Source: an uncultured Bifidobacterium sp. | GTDB taxonomy: Bacteria; Actinomycetota; Acidimicrobiia; Acidimicrobiales; Ilumatobacteraceae | DNA length: 64,000 nucleotides | Reading direction: 5' to 3' | Assembly (NCBI GenBank): GCA_964432845.1 | Contig: CAYSPE010000003.1 | Coordinates: forward strand, 7,422 to 71,421 | Shown here: positions 8,238-15,654 of the stretch, one piece after another | Layout: each line of letters opens with the position of its first letter | Position numbering within the stretch: the first letter of the stretch is position 1 | Notes under the pieces: generated by a model | Seen by the model: the letters and a program-made list of their open reading frames with translations, nothing else | Database searches by the model: none | What the model was told of the DNA's origin: nothing | Made by a program: the position numbers and the translations under genes

Positions 8238-9464
8238 ATGGCAGGCGACCTTATTTATGCATTCCGAATCATGCGCCTGCCGTTGCTCGATGCCGGCGGT
8301 GCGGCAATTGGGCGAATTGACGACATTGTGGTGGTTCCAGGCCGCAGTGGCGTCGCCCCGCGCGTCACCGGATTTGTAGCCACTAGCCAGCGTCGTCGTA
8401 TTTTCGTCAACGCCAACCGCATCGGGGCTCTCGATACCGAAGGTGCACGTTTGCGCAGTTGGGACGTGGATCTCAACCCATTCAAGCCCCGCGACGGAGA
8501 GCATCTGCTCTCGGCCGACATCATCGACAAGCGCGTCGGCGCAGAAGTGGTGTCCGACGTGGCGTTGCGCCCCACCGTGGGTGCACGTGAAAACGGCTGG
8601 GAAGTTGCCAAGGTGCGTCTCACCCGTAAGGGAATTTTGGGTCGCCGAGCCACCTACCGACTTGTTGAATGGAATGAAGTGAGTGGCCTCTTTGCTGCCA
8701 CCACCGAAATGGCTGCCGAAGCTGCACGTCTGCGAGACCTTCACCCCTCCGACGTGGCCGGGGTAGTACGTGCGCTCCCCTTGTCGCAACGACAGTTGTT
8801 GGCAAAAGAAATGGACGACGATCGTTTAGCTGACCTTCTAGAAGAGTTGCCCGAAAACGAACAGTTGGCGCTGATTGCAAACCTCGACCTCGATCGCTTG
8901 ATTGACGTGTTGGAAGAAATGGAATTCGACGACTTGGCAGACCTTCTTGCAGAAATGCCTGCACAGAAGCGAACCGAAGTGTTGGAAGCCATGGACGACG
9001 AAGACGCCGACGTGGTGCGTTCGTTGCTCTCATATGCACCTGGCACTGCCGGTGCTCTCATGACACCCGACATCATCATCATGGGCGCCAACGCCACCGT
9101 TGCCGAAGCGCTTGCTCAGGTACGTGACCCCGATTGGTTAGTGTCCATCGCTTCGCAGGTGTACGTCGTGCAGCCGCCGTTTAAGGCACCTACTGGTTCT
9201 TACTTGGGCGTTGTGCATATTCAGCGGCTCTTGCGTGAACCACCCGGAACCGAACTGGGTCGCTGTGTTTCAAAAGAACCCACCGTTACTCCCAACCTTT
9301 CCGACCGCGAAGTGGCGGAGTTTCTCGCGTCGTACAACCTGCTCGCCGTTGGTGTGTGCGATACAGCTGGCCATTTGTTGGGCGCCATCACCGTGGACGA
9401 CGTGCTCGACCGCATGCTGCCCGCCGACTGGCGTCAGCGTCGACGTCAGGCGGCGCAACCATGA
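8238..9464 (+). CDS. PRC-barrel / MgtE N-terminal domain / tandem CBS protein (soluble; no MgtE channel domain)
   Basis: 408 aa. PRC-like N-terminus (LLDAGGAAIGRIDDIVVVP). Acidic MgtE_N-like helical repeats (LADLLEELPENEQLALIANLDLDRLIDVLEEMEFDDLADLLAEMP). CBS pair at the C-terminus (LLAVGVCDTAGHLLGAITVDDVLD). No TM segments are visible. Confidence 0.8.
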   Translation: MAGDLIYAFRIMRLPLLDAGGAAIGRIDDIVVVPGRSGVAPRVTGFVATSQRRRIFVNANRIGALDTEGARLRSWDVDLNPFKPRDGEHLLSADIIDKRVGAEVVSDVALRPTVGARENGWEVAKVRLTRKGILGRRATYRLVEWNEVSGLFAATTEMAAEAARLRDLHPSDVAGVVRALPLSQRQLLAKEMDDDRLADLLEELPENEQLALIANLDLDRLIDVLEEMEFDDLADLLAEMPAQKRTEVLEAMDDEDADVVRSLLSYAPGTAGALMTPDIIIMGANATVAEALAQVRDPDWLVSIASQVYVVQPPFKAPTGSYLGVVHIQRLLREPPGTELGRCVSKEPTVTPNLSDREVAEFLASYNLLAVGVCDTAGHLLGAITVDDVLDRMLPADWRQRRRQAAQP

Positions 9465-9949
9465 AGAAGCGCCTCGATCTTTCCACTCCACGCCAACGTC
9501 GACGCGTTGGCATTCACTACGACCCTGAAGCATTCGGTGCGTTCAGTGAAACCATTGCCCGTTTCCTCGGCACCGGGCGCTATCTCGTTATTCAAACGAT
9601 CATCGTTACTTTTTGGGTGGGCGTCAATGTGCTCAACATTGCCCCGTTCGACAAGTATCCGTTTATCTTCCTCACGCTTATCTTGTCGTTGCAGGCTTCG
9701 TATGCAGCGCCTCTGATCTTGCTTGCACAAAATCGTCAAGAAGACCGCGACCGCGAACAATTAGAGCGTGACCGCGAAGTTGCTGCGCGTACGCAGGCCG
9801 ATACCGAGTACTTGGCTCGCGAGTTGGCTGGTGTGCGTTTGGCACTTGCCGACGTTGTCACCACAGAAGATTTGCGCGAGCAATTAGAGAGTGTTGTTGA
9901 ACTCTTGGAAAAGCTCACTGCGCATTCGAACGAAGAACAGCAGCAATAG
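9461..9949 (+). CDS. DUF1003-type membrane protein
   Basis: The ATG at 9461 overlaps the upstream stop (ATGA). Two TM helices, a LSLQASYAAPLILLAQNRQ signature, and a charged coiled-coil tail. Confidence 0.75.
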   Translation: MKKRLDLSTPRQRRRVGIHYDPEAFGAFSETIARFLGTGRYLVIQTIIVTFWVGVNVLNIAPFDKYPFIFLTLILSLQASYAAPLILLAQNRQEDRDREQLERDREVAARTQADTEYLARELAGVRLALADVVTTEDLREQLESVVELLEKLTAHSNEEQQQ

Positions 9950-10787
9950 CGTCACTGGTTGCTGCTGCAAATTCGCGTGGTTGCTCCATGGGCGCCAAAT
10001 GGTCTCCGTGCAGTTCAACTACGTGAGCTTGTAATGCTGCGGCGAGAGCCTGCTGTTTATGCGGCAACACCAATCGGTCTCGTGTGGTGAATACATATGC
10101 CGTAGGAACGCTCACAGTGTGTGCAAATGGACGAGCATCAAACTTCGAAATCGCTCTGCCGGCTTCACTAATCATCCACGGATCATTGCGTCGAATTTCA
10201 CCGACCATCCATGGCACATAGCGACTGAGTTCATGACCGCGAGGAATTGCACGACGAATTCCGTAACGAATAAGTCGCGGGGTGCTGAGACGACGGAACA
10301 ATGGACTGAATGAATGCATCACTCGCCACTTGTTGCGTTCTGTTCGTGTGCCACTCCACTCCATGGCGGTTGCCTGCAACACCATGCCGGACACAAGATC
10401 GCTATGACGTTGCCACACCAACAAACTGATGGGGCCACCCATGGAATAACCAACGGTAATCACCGAACGAATTCCGAGGGCTCGTACCACGGCTGCCGCA
10501 TCGTCTGCGCAATCTTCCAAAGAAAACGCACGGTTTGGGCGTAGTCCCCGTCCGTGTCCTCGATGGTCCACACCGATGATGGAGTAATCACGTGCCAGGG
10601 TTTCATAGGCGGTGAAGAACTGCAGGTCAGACGAGGCAGTCCATCCGTGCAACAACAACAATGTTGGTGCATCGGGATTTGGGTGTTCGTGATGACGAAC
10701 AAACATTTCGCCACGGCCTGGTAAGTGCACCACTCGACCAGGAAGTAGTGGCGGAATGCTGATGGTTTCAGCGAGCTTTATCGACAT
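9915..10787 (-). CDS. Alpha/beta hydrolase fold protein
   Basis: ORF 9915..10796 (GTG). The ATG at 10787 has GGAG about 10 nt upstream. Motifs LLLLHGWTASS and GYSMGG (nucleophile elbow). It overlaps the convergent DUF1003 gene by 35 nt. Confidence 0.75.
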   Translation of the reverse strand: MSIKLAETISIPPLLPGRVVHLPGRGEMFVRHHEHPNPDAPTLLLLHGWTASSDLQFFTAYETLARDYSIIGVDHRGHGRGLRPNRAFSLEDCADDAAAVVRALGIRSVITVGYSMGGPISLLVWQRHSDLVSGMVLQATAMEWSGTRTERNKWRVMHSFSPLFRRLSTPRLIRYGIRRAIPRGHELSRYVPWMVGEIRRNDPWMISEAGRAISKFDARPFAHTVSVPTAYVFTTRDRLVLPHKQQALAAALQAHVVELHGDHLAPMEQPREFAAATSDAIAAVLRSNAQ

Positions 10788-11239
10788 GACTTGCACACTC
10801 CCACTACATCTAATCGATGATGCGCCATTGCGAAACCTTGCTTTTTTGCCACGCGTTCAAGCGCTGCATCAAGTTCGTGTTCAATGCTGTCCGGAATGCG
10901 CACGTCGTCCACTGCTCCGCACACACTGCACACCATGTGGTGGTGATGCCCTGTGAGATCTTCGCTGAGTTCAAAACGAGCCCATTCGTCGGTGGTGATC
11001 ACACGAACCACTACCCCAGCATTTTCCAGCACGGTGAGATTTCGATACGCCGACGACTGAGCCAAGCCCTTCGTGTGTTTCAAAATTTCAGGAATGGACA
11101 ATGGTCGTTCGGCTTTGACCAATGCATCAACAATGGCGCGGCGACCCGAGGTGAATCGTTGACCGATTTCGCCCAACTGTGTTGCCACATGATGTGCAAT
11201 GTCTGCAGCTTGCACGTGCATGTGATTGTGGGCGCTCAT
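10778..11239 (-). CDS. Fur-family metalloregulator (Fur/Zur-like)
   Basis: 153 aa. wHTH, an HHHH run followed by CSVCG, and a C-terminal CKSC, giving two CxxC pairs. Confidence 0.85.
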   Translation of the reverse strand: MSAHNHMHVQAADIAHHVATQLGEIGQRFTSGRRAIVDALVKAERPLSIPEILKHTKGLAQSSAYRNLTVLENAGVVVRVITTDEWARFELSEDLTGHHHHMVCSVCGAVDDVRIPDSIEHELDAALERVAKKQGFAMAHHRLDVVGVCKSCR

Positions 11240-11254
11240 GGCCCCGACACTATC

Positions 11255-11270
11255 GAGAATGATTGAGAAT
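11255..11270. promoter_or_regulatory. Fur-box-like hexamer repeat GAGAAT-GATT-GAGAAT just upstream of the fur-family gene
   Basis: Two GAGAAT hexamers (compare the GATAAT units of Fur boxes) sit inside the 30-bp gap before the ATG at 11239. Confidence 0.25.
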
Positions 11271-12193
11271 CACTTACCGATGAACTGATGAAGTCGTATG
11301 CCACATGTAATGACATGATCGAGAATGTCGGCGTTTGGCAGTTCGCTCTGGCCCAAGTTGTACACGCCAGCAGTTGGCAACGATGCCGTAAGTGCTTTCG
11401 CTGTGCTGGCGGCAACTGCGCCTGCAACAGTTGCAACGCGTTCGGCGACGCCCACAATTTCAACGTGGCGATGTCCGTTGCGAACACCGCGAACCTCGAC
11501 GCGAACTCCACCTAGTCCTCCCTCGGCATGAGGAGGCGACATCATGGGCAAACGAGCGGTGAGACGGTCTCGTCGAGTGGCCGACACTCGCGAAGTGATG
11601 CGTTGCAATGCCGGGTTGATGCGCTGCAACAACACCGGTTCAGGAGTTGCATATCGATAACAATCACGCGCACCGACAGGATCGGGGAACCAACACAGTT
11701 CTCGACCACTGCCAGCAGGTCGTTGCAACCATTCGCCGTCGTGCCAGCCCACACTGAGTCCGGCGAGTGAATCGTGGTGTTGCCGTGCGCACATGGGTCC
11801 GCCGGTGCCGTGAACTGCTGTGTGTACTTCGTCCATGGTTTCAAACGCGCGCGATACATGGCTTACCAACAAACCCGACAAGCCAGGCGAACATCCGGCA
11901 CCCGCAATAACCACCACTTCTTTGGCTGCGGCACGTTCTTGCAAATCGAGAATGGACAGGACATCGCTGAGGTTGTCACTGACCGAGATGACGGAAATTC
12001 CTTGCGCAACGAAAGTGGATGCCAGTGCAGCGTGTGGTCCGCCGTGAGCCAAGACAACAATTGATGAACCGAAGAGCTCAGTAGCTGACTTCAGTGGGGT
12101 GAGTTGTGAGGTGAGCCCCAATGTTTGCAGGCTGGTTGCCACTCGTGCACCCACAACGCCAGTGCCCACGATGCCAATGGCGGCATTGCTCAT
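11270..12193 (-). CDS. Rossmann-fold NAD(P)-binding protein (saccharopine dehydrogenase-like)
   Basis: ORF 11270..12226; ATG at 12193 gives MSNAAIGIVGTGVVGARV (GxGxxG). Confidence 0.6.
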   Translation of the reverse strand: MSNAAIGIVGTGVVGARVATSLQTLGLTSQLTPLKSATELFGSSIVVLAHGGPHAALASTFVAQGISVISVSDNLSDVLSILDLQERAAAKEVVVIAGAGCSPGLSGLLVSHVSRAFETMDEVHTAVHGTGGPMCARQHHDSLAGLSVGWHDGEWLQRPAGSGRELCWFPDPVGARDCYRYATPEPVLLQRINPALQRITSRVSATRRDRLTARLPMMSPPHAEGGLGGVRVEVRGVRNGHRHVEIVGVAERVATVAGAVAASTAKALTASLPTAGVYNLGQSELPNADILDHVITCGIRLHQFIGK

Positions 12194-12198
12194 AGCGG

Positions 12199-12330
12199 TT
12201 ACCGCTGTGGGGTGACCTCGCGCCACCCACCCTGTTGTGGAGCCACGGTGTCTTTACCCCGAGTGCGTAATGCGGTGGCCACCAAAGAAGCGATGGACAG
12301 GGCGAGGAGGACTTGGCGGATGAATTTCAC
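12199..12330 (-). CDS. Small single-TM protein (43 aa), DLW-39-like; not in the ORF track
   Basis: GTG at 12330 is preceded by GGAGG at 5 nt. Translation VKFIRQVLLALSIASLVATALRTRGKDTVAPQQGGWREVTPQR. The stop lies 5 nt before the next gene's ATG. Confidence 0.4.
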   Translation of the reverse strand: MKFIRQVLLALSIASLVATALRTRGKDTVAPQQGGWREVTPQR

Positions 12331-12377
12331 GTCGGCCTCCGTACGGGGTGCGACCCCTTCGAAATACGAAAGGGAAA

Positions 12378-12454
12378 TGGTGGGGCTAGCAAGAATCGAA
12401 CTTGCGACCTCATCCTTATCAGGGATGCGCTCTAACCGACTGAGCTATAGCCCC
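12378..12454 (-). tRNA. tRNA-Ile (anticodon GAT)
   Basis: 77-nt cloverleaf: GGGGCTA/TAGCCCC acceptor stem, anticodon loop CTGATAA, T-loop AGTTCGATTCT, and an encoded CCA. Confidence 0.95.
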
Positions 12455-12472
12455 ATGATGGGAGTTCACACT

Positions 12473-12898
12473 CTATCTGTGAGGCTGGCGAGGCTCAACC
12501 GGCCGGGCCACGACTTCTTCTTCTAATACGGTGACCCGAATTCCGCCCACCAGCTCGGTAATGAGGTTGAAAATGATGGCTCCGAGCACCCAAAGGCCTG
12601 TTCCGAGGGCAATTGCGAACAATCCGAGGGTGGCGGCCCCCCGAAACATGACTGCCCCTTCAAAGGTGAAGGAATCCCAGCCGAAGGATTCAAGGAAGGA
12701 CTGCACATTGTCGATGGTGCCCGTGGCCGAGCCCACATTCCACAACAGCACACCCGTGATGAGCACCACTACATATACCGCGGCGTGAAACACCAGCCCC
12801 ACCTTGAAGACGCTCCACGCATCAACATCACGAATAACGCGAGTGACGCGACGCACCCGTCGGCGCGATGCCGGGGTGGTCTCAGGGTTGGAACTCAT
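12473..12898 (-). CDS. DUF3566-type transmembrane protein (Rv0007-position homologue)
   Basis: ORF 12473..12955; ATG at 12898. RRVRRVTRVIRDVDAWSVFKV followed by TM helices. It occupies the conserved position between gyrA and tRNA-Ile. Confidence 0.75.
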   Translation of the reverse strand: MSSNPETTPASRRRVRRVTRVIRDVDAWSVFKVGLVFHAAVYVVVLITGVLLWNVGSATGTIDNVQSFLESFGWDSFTFEGAVMFRGAATLGLFAIALGTGLWVLGAIIFNLITELVGGIRVTVLEEEVVARPVEPRQPHR

Positions 12899-13238
12899 AT
12901 GCCGAGCGTAGTGCCTGGGCTGTGGCGCTACCTGCCGATGTGGTGACAGTGACAATGACGGAATTGTCGACTTCTTCTATGGAAGAAATATCAACGTGTT
13001 GGAACTCGGCCATGATGCGTGCAGCTTGTGCGTCGCGCGAAGCACATGCCAGCGCAACGGCATCGGCGCTTGCTTGCAAGTTCGCCCGTTGCAACAGCAC
13101 AGACGTGGCATGCGTGATGGCGAACGATGCGAGCGCAGCGACTGCCAACCACAACACGGAAAGCACAGATATGTTGCCGCGATCGCGGCGTTGATTACTC
13201 GTCGTCGTCAGCAGCGAGAATTGGTGCGCAAGAGGCAA
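12882..13238 (-). CDS. Small TadE-like (Rv3654c-type) membrane-anchored protein; start uncertain
   Basis: 118-aa ORF that fills the otherwise empty gyrA-DUF3566 gap. It has an N-terminal TM (VLSVLWLAVAALASFAI), then LLQRANLQASADAVALACASRDAQAA and VIVTVTT. The longest form overlaps the gyrA 3' end; an internal GTG lies at 13166. Confidence 0.4.
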   Translation of the reverse strand: MPLAHQFSLLTTTSNQRRDRGNISVLSVLWLAVAALASFAITHATSVLLQRANLQASADAVALACASRDAQAARIMAEFQHVDISSIEEVDNSVIVTVTTSAGSATAQALRSAYEFQP

Positions 13239-15636
13239 TGACGGCTCCGTCGTCCAAGTTCATAAGGCGCACACCTGTTGCTGCACGTCCTTGACTGGAG
13301 ATCTGCTTGACCTCGGTTCGCATGGCAACACCATTTGATGCAACTGCCACAATCTCGTCGTCGAGTCCCACCATGAATGCCGCAACAACGGCACCCTTCT
13401 TGCTGGAAATCTTGACGCCAATAACACCCTGCGTGCCACGACCCTTGCGAGGGAACTGCGCAATTTGCGTGCGCTTTGCGTAACCACCATCGGAAACAAT
13501 GAGCAATGCATCGTCGCCACGGCCTGGATCTGCAGACACCACTTCATCGCCAGGACGCAACTTCATGCCGCGTACGCCAGCTGCCGTGCGGCCCATGGGT
13601 CGCACTTCTTTTTCATTGAAGCGAATAACTTGTCCGCTACGGCTCACAATGAAGATGTCGTCGTCTCCGCCTGTTTCGATGACGCGGACAAGTTCGTCGT
13701 TGTCTTTCAGGTTGAGAGCAATGAGACCATCGCGACGACTGGAGTCGTATGCATCGAACGCAGTCTTTTTCACTTGTCCGTTCTTCGTTACAAAGAACAG
13801 GTAGCGCTCGCCAGGGAACTCGCGTGTGTCGATGATGGCCTGAATGGTTTCACCGGCTTGCAGTGGCAACAGGTTGACAATGGGAATTCCCTTTGCCGTG
13901 CGTTCGCGTTCGGGAATATCCGCCGCGCGCAACTTGTACACGCGACCTCTATTGGAGAAGAACAGCATGTGTGCGTGCGCAGTGGTGAAAACGACGCGAC
14001 GAACAATGTCGTCTTCTTTCAACGAGGCGCCCTTCACGCCACGACCACCACGAGCTTGCGCACGGAATGAGGTGGCAGGAACAGCCTTTACATATTGAGC
14101 CTGTGTCATCACGATGACGAGTTCTTTGTCATCAATGAGGTCTTCAAGTGCCATATCGCCACTGTCGTTGATGATCTTGCACACGCGAGGTGTAGCGAAG
14201 TCTTTCTTTACTTCTGCAAGTTCATCTTTGATGACCTGGCGCAACACTTTGTCGGAGCCCAGAATTTCTTCGTAGCCCTTGATGCGAGTAGCCACGTCTT
14301 CGAGTTCTTTTTCAAGGTCGATGCGTGACAAACGCGTGAGTTGACGCAATTGCATATCGAGAATGTCAATTGCTTGACGCTCGGAGAATTCGTATGGCTT
14401 GGCCATGAGAGATTCTTTTGCGCTTGCGGCATCGTCTGATTCGCGAATGAGTTTGATGATGGCGTCAATGACATTGAGCGCCTTCATTCGTCCTTCAAGA
14501 ATGTGTGCGCGATCGCGGGCCTTATCGAGACGGAACTGTGTACGACGTGTGACTACTTCAATTTGGTGGCGCACGTATCCGTTGAGCGCATCAGCCAAGT
14601 TGACGGTACGAGGAACGCTGTCAACAAGAGCAACCATGTTCACAGGGAAACTTGTTTGCAACGATGTGAGTTTGTACAGGTTGTTGAGAACCACATTTGC
14701 GTTGGCATCGCGCTTCAACAAAATGACGAGGCTCGTCTTTCCACCAGCTGATCCGTCGTTGACGTCAGCGATGCCTTCGAGTTCACCACTATCAACCAAT
14801 TCTTGAATACGAGCCGCAATAGAAGAACAACTGGTTTGGTATGGAAGCTCAGTGACCTGAATTTCCATGCGGCCAGCACGGTTCTCTTCAATAACGGCCT
14901 TCGCGCGCATCTTGACGCTGCCGCGACCGGTGCGATACGCATCGATAATGCCGGCGCGTCCGAGAATGTTGGCGCCCGTTGGGAAGTCGGGACCCAAAAC
15001 AAACTGCATGAGATCGTCGGGTGTTGCCTCGGCGTTATCGATGAGGTGAATGGTTGCATCAATCACTTCACCCAAGTTGTGCGGAGGAATGCTGGTGGCC
15101 ATACCCACTGCAATGCCCTGACTGCCGTTCACCAACAAGTTGGGGAATCGCGCAGGCAACACAACAGGTTCTTCTGATGTGCCGTCGTAGTTGGCAATCA
15201 TGTCGACGGTGTTTTCGTCGATGTTGTCGAGCAGCAACATAGCCAATGGATGCAGGCGTGATTCGGTGTATCGCGCAGCGGCAGGACCAAAGTCTGGCGA
15301 GCCGTAGTTTCCGTGGAAATCGATGAGTGGGTGACGCAATGAGAATGGCTGGGCCATACGAACTAATGCGTCGTAAATGGCGGAGTCACCGTGTGGGTGA
15401 TAACGCGCCATGGTGTCACCAGTAACGCGTGCACACTTGACGAAGGGGCGATCGGGACGGAAACCCTGTTGCTCCATGTCCCAAATAATGCGGCGGTGCA
15501 CTGGCTTCAGTCCGTCACGCACGTCGGGCAATGCGCGCGACATGATGACCGACATGGAGTAGTCGAGGAATGACCTCTCCATTTCATCGGACAATGCGAT
15601 GGGCTGAATTTGGTCAAACAAGTTGGGGTCGCTCAT
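13195..15636 (-). CDS. gyrA: DNA gyrase subunit A
   Basis: 813 aa. RALPDVRDGLKPVHRRI, the active-site region ARYHPHGD, and C-terminal beta-pinwheel repeats. Length is normal, so no intein. Confidence 0.97.
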   Translation of the reverse strand: MSDPNLFDQIQPIALSDEMERSFLDYSMSVIMSRALPDVRDGLKPVHRRIIWDMEQQGFRPDRPFVKCARVTGDTMARYHPHGDSAIYDALVRMAQPFSLRHPLIDFHGNYGSPDFGPAAARYTESRLHPLAMLLLDNIDENTVDMIANYDGTSEEPVVLPARFPNLLVNGSQGIAVGMATSIPPHNLGEVIDATIHLIDNAEATPDDLMQFVLGPDFPTGANILGRAGIIDAYRTGRGSVKMRAKAVIEENRAGRMEIQVTELPYQTSCSSIAARIQELVDSGELEGIADVNDGSAGGKTSLVILLKRDANANVVLNNLYKLTSLQTSFPVNMVALVDSVPRTVNLADALNGYVRHQIEVVTRRTQFRLDKARDRAHILEGRMKALNVIDAIIKLIRESDDAASAKESLMAKPYEFSERQAIDILDMQLRQLTRLSRIDLEKELEDVATRIKGYEEILGSDKVLRQVIKDELAEVKKDFATPRVCKIINDSGDMALEDLIDDKELVIVMTQAQYVKAVPATSFRAQARGGRGVKGASLKEDDIVRRVVFTTAHAHMLFFSNRGRVYKLRAADIPERERTAKGIPIVNLLPLQAGETIQAIIDTREFPGERYLFFVTKNGQVKKTAFDAYDSSRRDGLIALNLKDNDELVRVIETGGDDDIFIVSRSGQVIRFNEKEVRPMGRTAAGVRGMKLRPGDEVVSADPGRGDDALLIVSDGGYAKRTQIAQFPRKGRGTQGVIGVKISSKKGAVVAAFMVGLDDEIVAVASNGVAMRTEVKQISSQGRAATGVRLMNLDDGAVIASCAPILAADDDE

Positions 15637-15654
15637 GAGTGGTACCTGCCAGCC

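Noticed and set aside
8047-12454. tRNA-Ala and tRNA-Ile as remnants of an rRNA operon spacer, or as integration sites of a genomic island.
   Set aside because: No 16S/23S sequence flanks them, and no integrase, direct repeats or foreign-looking genes lie next to them. Stand-alone ileT/alaT downstream of gyrA is the normal mycobacterial-type arrangement.
12125-12526. 133-aa plus-strand ORF spanning the tRNA-Ile gene.
   Set aside because: It runs antisense through a tRNA and through the DLW-39-like/Rossmann gene junction. There is no coding signature.
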